Shown: positions 14,165 through 24,290, numbered from the stretch's first letter. The stretch is 64,000 nucleotides of DNA from an uncultured Gemmatimonadales bacterium (GCA_963771275.1 CAVYSW010000005.1:32001-96000); one strand, 5' to 3'. A program made the numbers and translations. The notes: a model not told the origin generated them from the sequence alone.

Positions 14165-14797
14165 ATGAATCCAACGGCATCACCACAACTGCGGGCGCAA
14201 GCCGTAGCGGTCCTGGCCATGCTGGCCGCCGTGACGGGGGCGAGCCGCGCCCAGGTGCAAGGCGCTGCCCCCGGTCACGCCTGGACCGCGGCCGACGTCC
14301 ACTTCCTCACCGGGATGATCCCGCATCACGCCCAGGCGATCGAGATGTCCCGCTGGGCGCCCACCCACGGCGCGAGCCCCGCGCTCCGCACCCTGGCGGC
14401 GCGGATCATCAACGCCCAGCAGGACGAGATCGCCCTGATGCAGCAATGGCTGCGCGAGCACGGCCTGCCGGTGCCCGACGCGCGCTCCACCGCCATGCCG
14501 ATGATGATGCACGGCGGCGCGCACGAGATGCTGATGCCCGGGATGCTCACCGCGGAGCAGATGGGGCAGCTGGACCAGGCCCGGGGGGCCGAGTTCGACC
14601 GGTTGTTCCTCATGTTCATGATCCAGCACCACCGCGGCGCCCTCACGATGGTGCAGGAGCTGTTCGCCACCGACGGCGCCGGTCAGGACAACATGGTGTT
14701 CAAGCTCGCGTCCGACATCAACGTCGATCAGACGACCGAGGTGACGCGGATGCAGCAGATGCTTGCGGCGCTGGTGTTCGACGCGCCGTCGCCGTAA
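14165..14797 (+). CDS. DUF305 domain (ferritin-like) secreted protein
   Basis: Signal peptide, ADVHFLTGMIPHHAQAIEMS, FDRLFLMFMIQHHRGA. Confidence 0.88.
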   Translation: MNPTASPQLRAQAVAVLAMLAAVTGASRAQVQGAAPGHAWTAADVHFLTGMIPHHAQAIEMSRWAPTHGASPALRTLAARIINAQQDEIALMQQWLREHGLPVPDARSTAMPMMMHGGAHEMLMPGMLTAEQMGQLDQARGAEFDRLFLMFMIQHHRGALTMVQELFATDGAGQDNMVFKLASDINVDQTTEVTRMQQMLAALVFDAPSP

Positions 14798-14848
14798 TCA
14801 GCCGCCGACACTCGTTCCCCGACCCTCCGCCCAGCACGAGGATCCACT

Positions 14849-16837
14849 ATGGTCACCGCTTCGCATGTCTCGCTGCCGCTCGCTCTCGGTCTCGTGGCGG
14901 CGGTCGCGTGCGCCCACTCGGGCGCCGCCCCGGCCACCGCGCCGTCACCCATGACGCGATCGGCGGCGGCACCCAGCCCCGATCCGCGGATCGGGCTCAG
15001 GCCCGGACTGATGGACGCCGATGAGGCGGCCTGGAACCTCCGGCTCCTGTCCGCAACGCCGCCGTCGGAGCGGTTCAAGGACGGCGTCAACTCCGACCTG
15101 GCGTTTACCGGCCACTACGCCATCCAGGGCAACTTCAACGGCTTCCAGGTGTGGGACATCACCGATCCCGCCCGGCCCGCGTTGAAGGCGGCGTACTACT
15201 GTCCGGCGTCACAGAGCGACGTGTCGGTCTACCGGAACCTGCTGTTCGTCTCCGGCGAGGGCATGGGCGGCCGGCTCGACTGCGGTGGCGAGGGCGTGCA
15301 GGAGGCCGTGAGCCACGACCGGCTGCGCGGCATCCGCATCTTCGACATCAGCGACATCGCAGCCCCACGCTACCTCGCCAACGTGCAGACGTGCCGCGGG
15401 TCGCACACGCATTCGCTGCTGGTCGACCCGAGGGACCCCGAGAACGTCTACGTTTACGTCTCCGGATCCGCCCCGGTGCGGCCCGACGAGGAGCTGCCGG
15501 GCTGCGTCACGGCGCCACCGGAGCAGGACCCGAGCTCGGCGCTGTTCCGGATCGAGGTCATCAAGGTCCCGCTTGCCCACCCCGAGCAGGCCGCGATCGT
15601 GAGCTCGCCGCGGATCTTCCAGAACCTCACGGCACCGGCGCGGCACGGCGAGGCCCCGGAGGACGTCGCGGCGGCGGCCAAGGCGGCGGCGGCGGCCCGG
15701 GAGCGCGGCGCCTTCACCGCGCCCATCATGGGCCTGGAGCGGGTGATCCCGTCACGGATGGTCGACCCGATGCTCGACAGCCTGGTCCACGCCCGGAACG
15801 GGAGCGGGGCGCCGACCGCCGCCGACAGCGCGGCGCTGCGGGAGGCCCTCCCCGGCATTCTGGCGCGGATGTTCGGCGAGGAGCCGGGAGCCGGCCCGCG
15901 GCCCGGGCCCACCCAGTGCCACGACATCACGCTCTATCCGGCGATCGGGCTGGCCGGCGGCGCGTGCGAGGGCTATGGATTGCTGCTCGACATCGCGAAT
16001 CCGGTGAACCCGGTCCGCCTCGCCGAGGTGGCCGACTCCAACTTCTCGTACTGGCATTCGGCGACGTTCAACAACGACGGCACCAAGGTCCTGTTCAGCG
16101 ACGAATGGGGTGGCGGCGGGGCGCCCAAGTGCCGCGTCACCGACAAGCACGAGTGGGGAGCGGACGCGATCTTCACCGTGGCGGATCGCAAGATGGCGTT
16201 CCGCAGCTACTACAAGCTGCCCGCGCCGCAGACGCCACTCGAGAACTGCGTCGCCCACAACGGCTCGCTCATCCCGATCCCGGGGCGCGACGTCATGGCG
16301 CAGGCGTGGTATCAGGGCGGGATCTCGGTGTTCGACTGGACCGACGCCGCCCATCCGAAGGAGATCGCGTTCTTCGATCGCGGTCCGGTGGACTCCAGCC
16401 GGATGGCCATGGGCGGGTCGTGGTCGGTGTACTGGTACGACGGCGTGCTGGTGAGCTCCGAGATCGCGCGCGGCCTCGACATCTTCGCGCTCGCGCCCAG
16501 CGCGCTGCTGTCGCAGAACGAGATCGACGCCGCCAGGACCGTGCGGCTGGACTACTTCAATACGCAGGGACAGCCCAGGTTCGTCTGGCCGCCGAGCTTC
16601 GCCCTGGCGCGCGCCTACGTCGATCAGCTCGAGCGCTCGCGCGGGCTCGAGACCGGCCGCCTTGCCGCCATCCGGCAGGCGCTGGCCGCCGCCGAGGGCC
16701 GCGCCGGCGCCGCACGACGCGACGCGCTCGGCCGGCTCGCCACCCAGGTGGACGGTGACGCCCGCGGAGCGACCGACGCGGGCAAGGTGCATCGGCTCGC
16801 GGGAGCCGTGCGGGAGCTGGCGACCGCGACCTGGTGA
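14849..16837 (+). CDS. LVIVD-repeat-like beta-propeller secreted/lipoprotein
   Basis: Signal with VAC. NSDLAF, CRGSHTH, QCHDIT, WHSATFNNDG, NCVAHNG, QAWYQGG motifs. Typical partner of DUF305 genes. Confidence 0.8.
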   Translation: MVTASHVSLPLALGLVAAVACAHSGAAPATAPSPMTRSAAAPSPDPRIGLRPGLMDADEAAWNLRLLSATPPSERFKDGVNSDLAFTGHYAIQGNFNGFQVWDITDPARPALKAAYYCPASQSDVSVYRNLLFVSGEGMGGRLDCGGEGVQEAVSHDRLRGIRIFDISDIAAPRYLANVQTCRGSHTHSLLVDPRDPENVYVYVSGSAPVRPDEELPGCVTAPPEQDPSSALFRIEVIKVPLAHPEQAAIVSSPRIFQNLTAPARHGEAPEDVAAAAKAAAAARERGAFTAPIMGLERVIPSRMVDPMLDSLVHARNGSGAPTAADSAALREALPGILARMFGEEPGAGPRPGPTQCHDITLYPAIGLAGGACEGYGLLLDIANPVNPVRLAEVADSNFSYWHSATFNNDGTKVLFSDEWGGGGAPKCRVTDKHEWGADAIFTVADRKMAFRSYYKLPAPQTPLENCVAHNGSLIPIPGRDVMAQAWYQGGISVFDWTDAAHPKEIAFFDRGPVDSSRMAMGGSWSVYWYDGVLVSSEIARGLDIFALAPSALLSQNEIDAARTVRLDYFNTQGQPRFVWPPSFALARAYVDQLERSRGLETGRLAAIRQALAAAEGRAGAARRDALGRLATQVDGDARGATDAGKVHRLAGAVRELATATW

Positions 16838-16859
16838 GGCCGCACCGCGCGCTCGGTCG

Positions 16860-18335
16860 CTAGCGCCCCGGCCGCTCGAGCGCGGCGATGCGGCCGTCTG
16901 CCTGCGCCACGAGCAGCTGCACGCCACGCAGCGCGACGCCGACCGGATGCTCGATCCCCGGTACGGCGTACGCGCCGCGCACGGTCTTCTCCCGGAGATC
17001 GATCATCAGCAAGGTGGAGTACGCCGCGCTGATCGCGTAGAGCACGCCGTCGGCCACCACGGCGCCGGTCACCACGTACTCCGCCGGCGACCGATCCGCG
17101 CCGCTCGGCGCGAGGCCGGCCCCGAGACGCGGCACGAACTCGGACGCCAGCAGGAGATCCGCGCGGGCAAACCGCGACACCACCAGCCGCCGCTGCCGTG
17201 GGGACGGCACGGTCACCGTGACCAGCTCGTCAGCCGCCGGGTCGTACGCCAGCGACAGGACGTACATCTGGCGCGCGCGCACCGTCGCGAAGCGCGACCG
17301 GGCGAGCTCGGTCACGGCGCCGTCGGTCGCCAGGAAGTGGCGCCACTCGCGACCGGCATCGGCCCGGGGGTCGGGCCGCAGCAGCACGTAGCTCTTGTTC
17401 GTCGCCACCACGGCCAGCGTGTCGCCGCCGAGAAACGCGGCGCCGGCGAGCGGCGTGAGATCGATGCTGAACCCGGCGTCGAGCGTCACGTGGTGCTCGA
17501 CGCGCGCCAGCGCGCTGTCCAGCAGGTACACGCCGAACCGGTCGGTGATGGCGAGATACCGGCCGGTCGCCGGGTCGCGCGCGAGGTCGCTCACCGTGCC
17601 GTCGAGCGCCGCGCCAATCCGCTCCCAGCCCAGCACGGGAAGCGACGGCAGGTCCTTGAGCGGCCCGTGCGCGGGATCGGGATCCGCAGCATCCGGGTCC
17701 GGCGACGGGATGGTCCACGAGCCGCGCAGCGAGACGCGCCCGCGCAGCTCTTCCAGCGACCACACCCAGTGCCGTGGGTCGAGCGACAGCCGGACGGGAT
17801 CCCCCTGGCCGATGAACGGCGGCGGCCCCGTCGTGACGAACGCCTGCAGCGCGTTCACGGCCGCCAGCACCACGAAGCACCCCATGGCGAAGCGGCCGAT
17901 ACGGCCGGGCTCGCGGACACCCGGCTCGGCGAACCCCTCGCGCAGGAGCAGCAGCAGCACCCCGATCACGGCGAGCACCGTCCAGTGGATGAACCACGAC
18001 CACGCGTAGGTGTGGACGCCGAAAATCGGGGCGCTGAAACCCTGGCCGACGTCGCGCGCGAGGTGGAGGGCCGAATGCCGCAGCGCCATGAAGACGCCCC
18101 ACGCGCCAAGCAGCACCGCCATGCCGAGGTAGCGGGGGCGCGGCCCGTAGCGCAGCACGAACAGCCCGACCAAGGCGATCAGCAGCATCGACGTGCGCTG
18201 CGCCCAGCAGAGAATGCAGGGCGAGTCGCCGTGCGCCAGGCCAAGCCAGAGCGCCCCGCCGACCGGGACCACGAGCAGCACGATGACGGCCCACGCGAGC
18301 ACGACGCGCAGGCGGTCTTGGGAGAGCGTCGTCAC
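16860..18335 (-). CDS. dsbI: DsbI-like disulfide bond formation protein (DsbB domain plus periplasmic propeller-like domain)
   Basis: GDSPCILCWAQR (CxxC), 5 TM segments, TGPPPFIGQGDPVR, long C-terminal soluble domain. Confidence 0.8.
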   Translation of the reverse strand: MTTLSQDRLRVVLAWAVIVLLVVPVGGALWLGLAHGDSPCILCWAQRTSMLLIALVGLFVLRYGPRPRYLGMAVLLGAWGVFMALRHSALHLARDVGQGFSAPIFGVHTYAWSWFIHWTVLAVIGVLLLLLREGFAEPGVREPGRIGRFAMGCFVVLAAVNALQAFVTTGPPPFIGQGDPVRLSLDPRHWVWSLEELRGRVSLRGSWTIPSPDPDAADPDPAHGPLKDLPSLPVLGWERIGAALDGTVSDLARDPATGRYLAITDRFGVYLLDSALARVEHHVTLDAGFSIDLTPLAGAAFLGGDTLAVVATNKSYVLLRPDPRADAGREWRHFLATDGAVTELARSRFATVRARQMYVLSLAYDPAADELVTVTVPSPRQRRLVVSRFARADLLLASEFVPRLGAGLAPSGADRSPAEYVVTGAVVADGVLYAISAAYSTLLMIDLREKTVRGAYAVPGIEHPVGVALRGVQLLVAQADGRIAALERPGR

Positions 18336-18499
18336 AGGTTCACGCCCGGCACGAGGGACGTGTGCGTGCCGATGAGGAACAGCAGCAGCATCAGGACGCA
18401 GCTCGCGATCAGCAGCCGGAAGGCGAGCCGCTCGCGCTCGGGGCGCCGCCAGACGAGCCAGGCGGCGCAGAGGATGATGAGGAAATCGAGGAATTCCAT
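18332..18499 (-). CDS. dba: 55-aa two-TM DsbI accessory protein (Dba-like), absent from the ORF track
   Basis: Manual translation: MEFLDFLIILCAAWLVWRRPERERLAFRLLIASCVLMLLLFLIGTHTSLVPGVNL. Its TGA overlaps the GTG of the dsbI-like gene (GTGA). Confidence 0.75.
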   Translation of the reverse strand: MEFLDFLIILCAAWLVWRRPERERLAFRLLIASCVLMLLLFLIGTHTSLVPGVNL

Positions 18500-18610
18500 C
18501 GGGCCAACGATGGTGTGCCGCTCAGGGTGCTCGCAAGTGGGCGGCGGCCGGGCGACGCGGTCGGAGCTCGAGGCGCTGGAGCGCGCCCCGAGCCCCGCAC
18601 GCGACCGCCG

Positions 18611-19441
18611 CTACTTGCCGCTGGGCTTCTTCGGCGTCCAGAACGCGGGATCCTGATCCCGCGTCGCCTTGTCCACGTAGCTCATGGCGGGATCGACGCG
18701 GAAATGCTCGGTCTCGATGTTCGCGATCCCGGTCACGGCCTTCTCCATCACCGCCAGCTCGTCGGGCGTCATCCCCGCCCAGATCTTGTCCCCGTCCGCC
18801 GCCAGCCGATCGAGCTCCGCATAGGACTCGAGCGACGTGAAGGTCAGGTACGTGGCGGTCGGCCCCCCCGCCACCGTCGAGTAGGTCCGATAACTCGTGT
18901 TCGGGGCGTTCCGCGTGGCGGACGCCATCCACGTCTTGGACGCCGCCTCGAACGCCTGCTGCTGGCCGAGCCGCACGCGGAACGTGGTCACCTCGTAGTA
19001 GCGCACCTTCGCCAGATTGGGGAACGCCCCCATGCTCAGATCCGGCCGGGCGCGCAGCAGCAGCGTCCGGACCTCGTCGACCGCCTCGGCGTCCGCCCGC
19101 GACAGCCGCTCCAGCTCCGCCGTCAGGGCCGGGTCGGCGTCATTGCGCTTCATGTCCGCTTCCATCGCGGCGTACGACGCGCTCGGGATGAGGAACCAGG
19201 CCTCGTTGCCCCCGGTCATCGCGGTGAGAGCGAGGTAGTTCGTGGGGCTGCCGGCCTTCGCGAACGCCGCCGGCCAGCCGGCCTCGATCTTGGCATGCTC
19301 CGCCCCGCGTCCGGCCTTCACGTACTCGCGGTAGATCGTGAGGTAACCGGGTTGACTGGTCGGCATGCCCTGCGCGAACGCCGTACCGGCAGTGCCCAGC
19401 ATGAGCGCCGCCTGGGTGAGACGGGGAACGATGGACCGCAT
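18611..19441 (-). CDS. Secreted hypothetical protein with two tandem NIPSNAP/dimeric alpha-beta barrel-like repeats
   Basis: Signal peptide ending AFA-Q. Two similar halves (YREYVKAGR.AEH / TTFRVRLGQ..AFE). Confidence 0.65.
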   Translation of the reverse strand: MRSIVPRLTQAALMLGTAGTAFAQGMPTSQPGYLTIYREYVKAGRGAEHAKIEAGWPAAFAKAGSPTNYLALTAMTGGNEAWFLIPSASYAAMEADMKRNDADPALTAELERLSRADAEAVDEVRTLLLRARPDLSMGAFPNLAKVRYYEVTTFRVRLGQQQAFEAASKTWMASATRNAPNTSYRTYSTVAGGPTATYLTFTSLESYAELDRLAADGDKIWAGMTPDELAVMEKAVTGIANIETEHFRVDPAMSYVDKATRDQDPAFWTPKKPSGK

Positions 19442-19707
19442 GTCTGCTCCTGTCCGAAGCGCCGGTGAGGCGCTGGGTGAGGCCGCACCGCGTGGTGACA
19501 CGGAGCGGGATGACCGTCCCGGTATGGGACGGGCTGGGACTCGCCAATCAACAGGCGTAACCGGGCATGTCAAGCGCCTGCGCGGTATTCGATGGGCTTC
19601 GGACCCGGGTCACGGCGTGGTGGCGCGCGCCGCCGAGGCGCGTTACCGTGGAGGCGGCCGCTCGGCGGCCGACTCGTGTTCCTTCGATTCCCGCGGGATG
19701 GTGAACC

Positions 19708-20973
19708 ATGAAGCAGCTCTTCCACGACATCTTCTCGCGGGTCGAGGGCATGCCGTTCAGCATCACCTATCCGGACCGGAGCGCCGCCCGCTACGGGGGC
19801 GCGGGACAGCCGCGGTTCAACCTGATCTTCCGGACCGAAAAGGCGATGCGCGCCATCCTGGTGAACGTCGACCTCGGCTTCGGCGAGGCCTACATGGTCG
19901 GGGACATCGACCTCGACGGGTCGATGATCGACCTGATGGTGATGGTCATGACGACCGACCTGCTCGGCGCCTTCCGCAAGGTCATCTACCATCCGCGCAA
20001 CATGCTGCGCCATCTGCCGAGCCAGGCCCGCGTCTTCTGGCAGTACCTGTACCAGCGGCACAGCTACGCGAACGACAAGCGGTTCATCGCGGAGCCCTAC
20101 GATCTGGGCAACGATTTCTACGCCCTGTGGCTCGACAAGGACCTGCAGTACACCTGTGGCTACTTCAAGACGCCGGAGGATACCATCGACCTGGCGCAGG
20201 AGCAGAAGCGCGAGCACGTGTGCCGCAAGCTGCGGCTCCTGCCGGGCCAGAGCCTGCTCGACATCGGCTGCGGCTGGGGCGGCCTGCTGATCTACGCGGC
20301 GCAGCACCACGGCATCAGCGGTGTGGGCGTGACGCTGTCCAAGGAGCAGGCGGAGGAGGCGAACCGGCGGATCGCGCGGGCCGGCCTCCAGGACCGGATC
20401 CACGTGGAGCACGCCGACTACCGGGACCTCCCCGCCCAGGGCCGCGTGTTCGACAAGGTGGTCTCGGTCGGCTGCCTGGAGCACGTGGGCAAGGAGAACC
20501 ACGAGCAGTTCTTCCGGATCGCGCGCCAGTCGCTGAAGCCCGACGGCACCTTCGTGCTCCACACCATCGGCCGGATCAAGCCGGGCATTCCGCTCGCGTT
20601 CGGCAACAAGCACGTGTTCCCGGGCGTCTACACCGCGACGCTGGTGGAAATCAGCCAGTGCCTCGCCGACCTCGGCATGCGGATCCACGACGTGGAGAAC
20701 CTGCGCCTGCACTACTCCTACACGACGCAGCGGTGGCTGGACGCCTTCGAGGCGCACGCGGACCGGATTCGCGCGATGTACGATGAGTCCCTCGTGCGGC
20801 TGTTCCGCCTCTACCTGTCCCACGGCGTCGCCCTGATGCGCTACGGCAAGAACGAGCTGTATCAGCTCATCATCACGCCCGGCATCGACAACGAGCGGCC
20901 GCTGACACGGGACTGGCTCTACGCGGCGGTGGCGGAGCAGCGGGGGCTTGCGAGATCGGCCGTGATTTCCTAG
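19708..20973 (+). CDS. cfa: Cyclopropane-fatty-acyl-phospholipid synthase family methyltransferase
   Basis: LGFGEAYM, YDLGNDFY.LWLD, YTCGYF, LDIGCGWG, VSVG.LEHVG, ENLRLHY. Confidence 0.9.
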   Translation: MKQLFHDIFSRVEGMPFSITYPDRSAARYGGAGQPRFNLIFRTEKAMRAILVNVDLGFGEAYMVGDIDLDGSMIDLMVMVMTTDLLGAFRKVIYHPRNMLRHLPSQARVFWQYLYQRHSYANDKRFIAEPYDLGNDFYALWLDKDLQYTCGYFKTPEDTIDLAQEQKREHVCRKLRLLPGQSLLDIGCGWGGLLIYAAQHHGISGVGVTLSKEQAEEANRRIARAGLQDRIHVEHADYRDLPAQGRVFDKVVSVGCLEHVGKENHEQFFRIARQSLKPDGTFVLHTIGRIKPGIPLAFGNKHVFPGVYTATLVEISQCLADLGMRIHDVENLRLHYSYTTQRWLDAFEAHADRIRAMYDESLVRLFRLYLSHGVALMRYGKNELYQLIITPGIDNERPLTRDWLYAAVAEQRGLARSAVIS

Positions 20974-21071
20974 CATGACACGCTGAGGAAGCCTCAAGTG
21001 TGGATCACTTGTCGCTGGATTGCCGGAAGCGGCTCGCCAGCATGCTACCCATTTCGCCCAGGAGGCCGCTC

Positions 21072-22169
21072 ATGCGCTCACCATTTCTTCCCTTAGTCGG
21101 TGTCCTCCTCACGGCCGTGTCGCTGGGCTGTGGCGAGGGTGTCGCGTCCGTCCAGGTGACACCGAGCCAAGTGCGAATCGTTCCGGAGGATACCGTCCGG
21201 CTCACCGCCAGCGTGCTTGGCGAGGATGGCCACGTCCTGACCGACAAGACCATCAGCTGGACGAGTGCCAACGAGGCCGTGGCGACTGTGAGCACCACGG
21301 GCCTCGTGACTGCCGTGGCGAACGGTGTCGCGGACATCAGCGCGACGGCCGACGGCATCCCCGGTACCGCCGCGGTCACCGTCCTGACCCCCGCGGTGCT
21401 CGTGCTCTCCAATGAGGCTTCGGGGAACGCGGTGATCGCGGACTCGTTCCCCGTACACGAAGCGCACCTGACGTTCGACACGCTCGACGTGAGCTCTCAG
21501 ACCCCCACCGTCGCGTTCCTGAGCCAGTATGACGTGGTCCTGCTCTACGAGGACGGTGTCTTCGCCAACAGTCTGAACGTGGGCGACTCGGTTGGCGCCT
21601 ACGTGTCGGGTGGCGGCAATGTGGTGCTGGGCACGTTCTACTGGCAGGACCGGAGCGACAACACCCAGTACTCTGCTCACGGTTGGGGCCTGCTCGAGAC
21701 GCTCGACCCGTTCACGGCCCCCTACGGGTCGGAGTACCGGCCAGACAGCCTCGATGTCGCCTCGATCGTCCCGCATCCGATCACGGCGGGGGTGGGCCAC
21801 CTCTGGGTGGACGAGTTCCATGGCGGGGTGGCGGCCAAGACCGGGACGACGGTGCTGGCGCGGTGGTCAGACGAGTGCCAGACCTGCACGGCGGGTGTGA
21901 ACGACCCCGCCGTCGGGTACCGCATCGGTTCCAGCGGCCAGCGGATCGTCGGCATCTCGGTGGCGCCGCACTATCCGGGCACCGGCGGGAGCTACACGGG
22001 GGACTTCTATCGTTTGTGGGGCAACGCCCTGCGGTGGGCCGCCCTCGGCGGATCCGGGGCCGCGCTGGCGCGGTCGGCGGTGCCGCTGGTGTCGCGTGCT
22101 TCCCCGGCGAGCACCCCCGCGGCGCGCGGGGTTGTTGGTGGAAGTCGGGGGCGGCGCGGCGCGCGCTGA
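21072..22169 (+). CDS. Lipoprotein with Ig-like (Big_2) domain and C-terminal GATase-like domain
   Basis: GGAGG RBS, lipobox SLGC, SWTSANEAVATVSTTGLVTAV (Big_2), YDVVLL...YVSGGGNVVL...HPITAG. Confidence 0.7.
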   Translation: MRSPFLPLVGVLLTAVSLGCGEGVASVQVTPSQVRIVPEDTVRLTASVLGEDGHVLTDKTISWTSANEAVATVSTTGLVTAVANGVADISATADGIPGTAAVTVLTPAVLVLSNEASGNAVIADSFPVHEAHLTFDTLDVSSQTPTVAFLSQYDVVLLYEDGVFANSLNVGDSVGAYVSGGGNVVLGTFYWQDRSDNTQYSAHGWGLLETLDPFTAPYGSEYRPDSLDVASIVPHPITAGVGHLWVDEFHGGVAAKTGTTVLARWSDECQTCTAGVNDPAVGYRIGSSGQRIVGISVAPHYPGTGGSYTGDFYRLWGNALRWAALGGSGAALARSAVPLVSRASPASTPAARGVVGGSRGRRGAR

Positions 22170-22319
22170 GCCGATCCGGGAAAGCGCCGAGGTCTCGAGC
22201 GGCCGCGACGGCCGTGGGGCCTCGGCGCTCCGCCCAGTGTGGTCTTCGCCGGATGAACTCCCCGCTCCGGCCTGCTCGCGCTCTTCCGCCGAGTCGCGGT
22301 CGAGCGCATCCCTCCCGCA

Positions 22320-24239
22320 ATGCCCATGGATGAGCTGAGGGCGCTCCGCTCGCTCGCCAAGGCCATGGGTGTCCACACCCGCTACACCGACGGCCTCGGC
22401 AAGCGCGTCACGGTGGCTCCTGAGACGCTGGTGCGCGTCTGCGCCGCGCTCGGTGCCCCGATCGGCCGTCCCGCCGATGCCCCGCAGGCGCTGCGCGCCC
22501 AGCGCGCGGCCGGGCGCACCGGCGCCGTGCCGCCCGTCCTCGTCGCCTGGGACGGCGCCCTGCCTCCCCTCACGGTTCCGGACGGTGGCCCCGTGCGGGC
22601 GGAGCTGCTGCTGGAAGGCGGCGACATCGCGCCGCTCGAGATCGCCGACGGCACGCTGCGGGCAACTCACCCCCTTCCCTTCGGCTACCATCGCCTCTCG
22701 GTCGAGGTCCGGGGGCAGAGCGCGACGTGCACGGTCATCGCCGCCCCCGTCCACGCGTGGCGCCGGCCCGGAGCGCACCGGAGCTGGGGTGTCGGGACGC
22801 AGCTCGCTGCCCTCCGCTCGGCGCGCAGCCGCTCCGTGGGCGACCTCAGGGATCTCGAGGCGCTGTGCCGCTGGGTGCGCGACCGGGGCGGCGACCTCGT
22901 CACGGTCCTCCCGCTCAGTCCCACGTTCAACTCGGAGTGGCCGGAGCCCAGCCCGTACTCGCCCGTGAGCCGCCTGTTCTGGTCGGAGCTGATGCTCGAT
23001 CTTGGAGAAGCGCATCATTCGGTTCCGGCGCCCGCGACCCTCGATGTGACCCGGGCCGACGCCGAGGTCCGGGCGGCGCTGCTCGGCCGACCGGTGCCGG
23101 AGCCGTCGCTCCTGGACGAGGAGCTGATCCGCTACGCGCGGTTCCGCGGCGCGCAGGCGCGGCTCGGCAGGAACTGGCGGGACTGGCCGGCGCGGGCCCG
23201 CGCCGGGACGCTCGAGCCCGGCCACGTGGACGCCGCGGAGGAGCGCTTCCACCTCGTGGCCCAGACGCTGGTGCGCCGGCAGCTCCACGACCTCCGCGAG
23301 CGGCTGGACCGGGACGGCTTCCGCCTGGGCCTGGACCTGGCGGTGGGGGTCCATCCCGACGGGTACGATCCCTGGTCGCGACAGACCTTGTTCGGCGACG
23401 GCATGTCGGTGGGGGCACCGCCCGATCGCGGCTTCCCGAGCGGGCAGGACTGGGGCTTCTCGCCCGTGCTGCCCGACGCGTCGCGCCGCGAGGGTCACCG
23501 GTACGTGGCGGCGTCGATCGCCCAGCAGGCGGGGCTCGCCGGCGTGCTCCGGGTGGACCACATGATGGCGTGGACCCGGCTCTACTGGATTCCCCACGGG
23601 TTCGGGCTGCACGAAGGGACCTACGTCTCGTATCCCGCCGAGGAGCTGTTCGCCGTGCTCACGCTCGAGTCGCACCGCAACCGCTGCGAGGTGGTGGGCG
23701 AGAACCTGGGGACCGTGCCGCCCGAGATCGACGAGGCGCTGCCGCGCCACCGGATCTGGGGGATGTACGTGGCGCAGTTCGCGGCCGCGGACGACCCGCA
23801 CGTCGCGCCGCCGAAAGCCACGGACATGGCGCTGCTGAACACGCATGACACCCCCACGTTCGCGGGGTGGCTCGGCGCCACGGACGTCGCCGAGCGGGTG
23901 CGCTACGGCCTCCTGGCGGAGGCGGCGGTCCCGCGCGTCCGGCAGGACCGGTCGCGCGCCGCCCGCCGGCTGGCCAAGCTGCTGGGTCGCGGCGTGAACG
24001 AGCCCGCTGCGCTCCTGGGCGAGTTGCTGGAATGGCTGGGCCGGTCGGACAGCCCGCTGGTGGTCCCGTGGCTCGAGGACCTCTGGCTCGAGGATATCGG
24101 GGTGAACCTCCCCGGGACGCGCTCGTCGGAGCGTGCCAACTGGCAGCGCCCCATGCGGCGGCTGCTCGACGAGATCTTCGGCGACCCCGGGATCGACGGC
24201 CTGGTCCGCGGCCTCGACCGCGCGCGGCGGGGCGGATGA
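22320..24239 (+). CDS. malQ: 4-alpha-glucanotransferase (GH77)
   Basis: PSPYSPVSRLF, LDLAVGVHPDG, GAPPD...GQDWGF, LRVDH, VGENLG, NTHDTPT, VNLPGT...NW. Confidence 0.92.
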   Translation: MPMDELRALRSLAKAMGVHTRYTDGLGKRVTVAPETLVRVCAALGAPIGRPADAPQALRAQRAAGRTGAVPPVLVAWDGALPPLTVPDGGPVRAELLLEGGDIAPLEIADGTLRATHPLPFGYHRLSVEVRGQSATCTVIAAPVHAWRRPGAHRSWGVGTQLAALRSARSRSVGDLRDLEALCRWVRDRGGDLVTVLPLSPTFNSEWPEPSPYSPVSRLFWSELMLDLGEAHHSVPAPATLDVTRADAEVRAALLGRPVPEPSLLDEELIRYARFRGAQARLGRNWRDWPARARAGTLEPGHVDAAEERFHLVAQTLVRRQLHDLRERLDRDGFRLGLDLAVGVHPDGYDPWSRQTLFGDGMSVGAPPDRGFPSGQDWGFSPVLPDASRREGHRYVAASIAQQAGLAGVLRVDHMMAWTRLYWIPHGFGLHEGTYVSYPAEELFAVLTLESHRNRCEVVGENLGTVPPEIDEALPRHRIWGMYVAQFAAADDPHVAPPKATDMALLNTHDTPTFAGWLGATDVAERVRYGLLAEAAVPRVRQDRSRAARRLAKLLGRGVNEPAALLGELLEWLGRSDSPLVVPWLEDLWLEDIGVNLPGTRSSERANWQRPMRRLLDEIFGDPGIDGLVRGLDRARRGG

Positions 24240-24262
24240 GGCGAGATGGCGGGTTGCCGATC

Positions 24263-24290
24263 GAAGATGGAAGATTGAAGATTGAAGACT
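24263..24290 (+). repeat. Intergenic 7-bp tandem repeat, 4 copies of GAAGA(T/C)(T/G)
   Basis: gaagatg gaagatt gaagatt gaagact between malQ and the MFS gene. Confidence 0.8.

Noticed and set aside
10874..14797. 1307-aa ORF ending in DUF305
   Set aside because: The N-terminal part is an Arg/Pro/Ala-rich shadow frame of the RND gene. Only 14165-14797 is credible.
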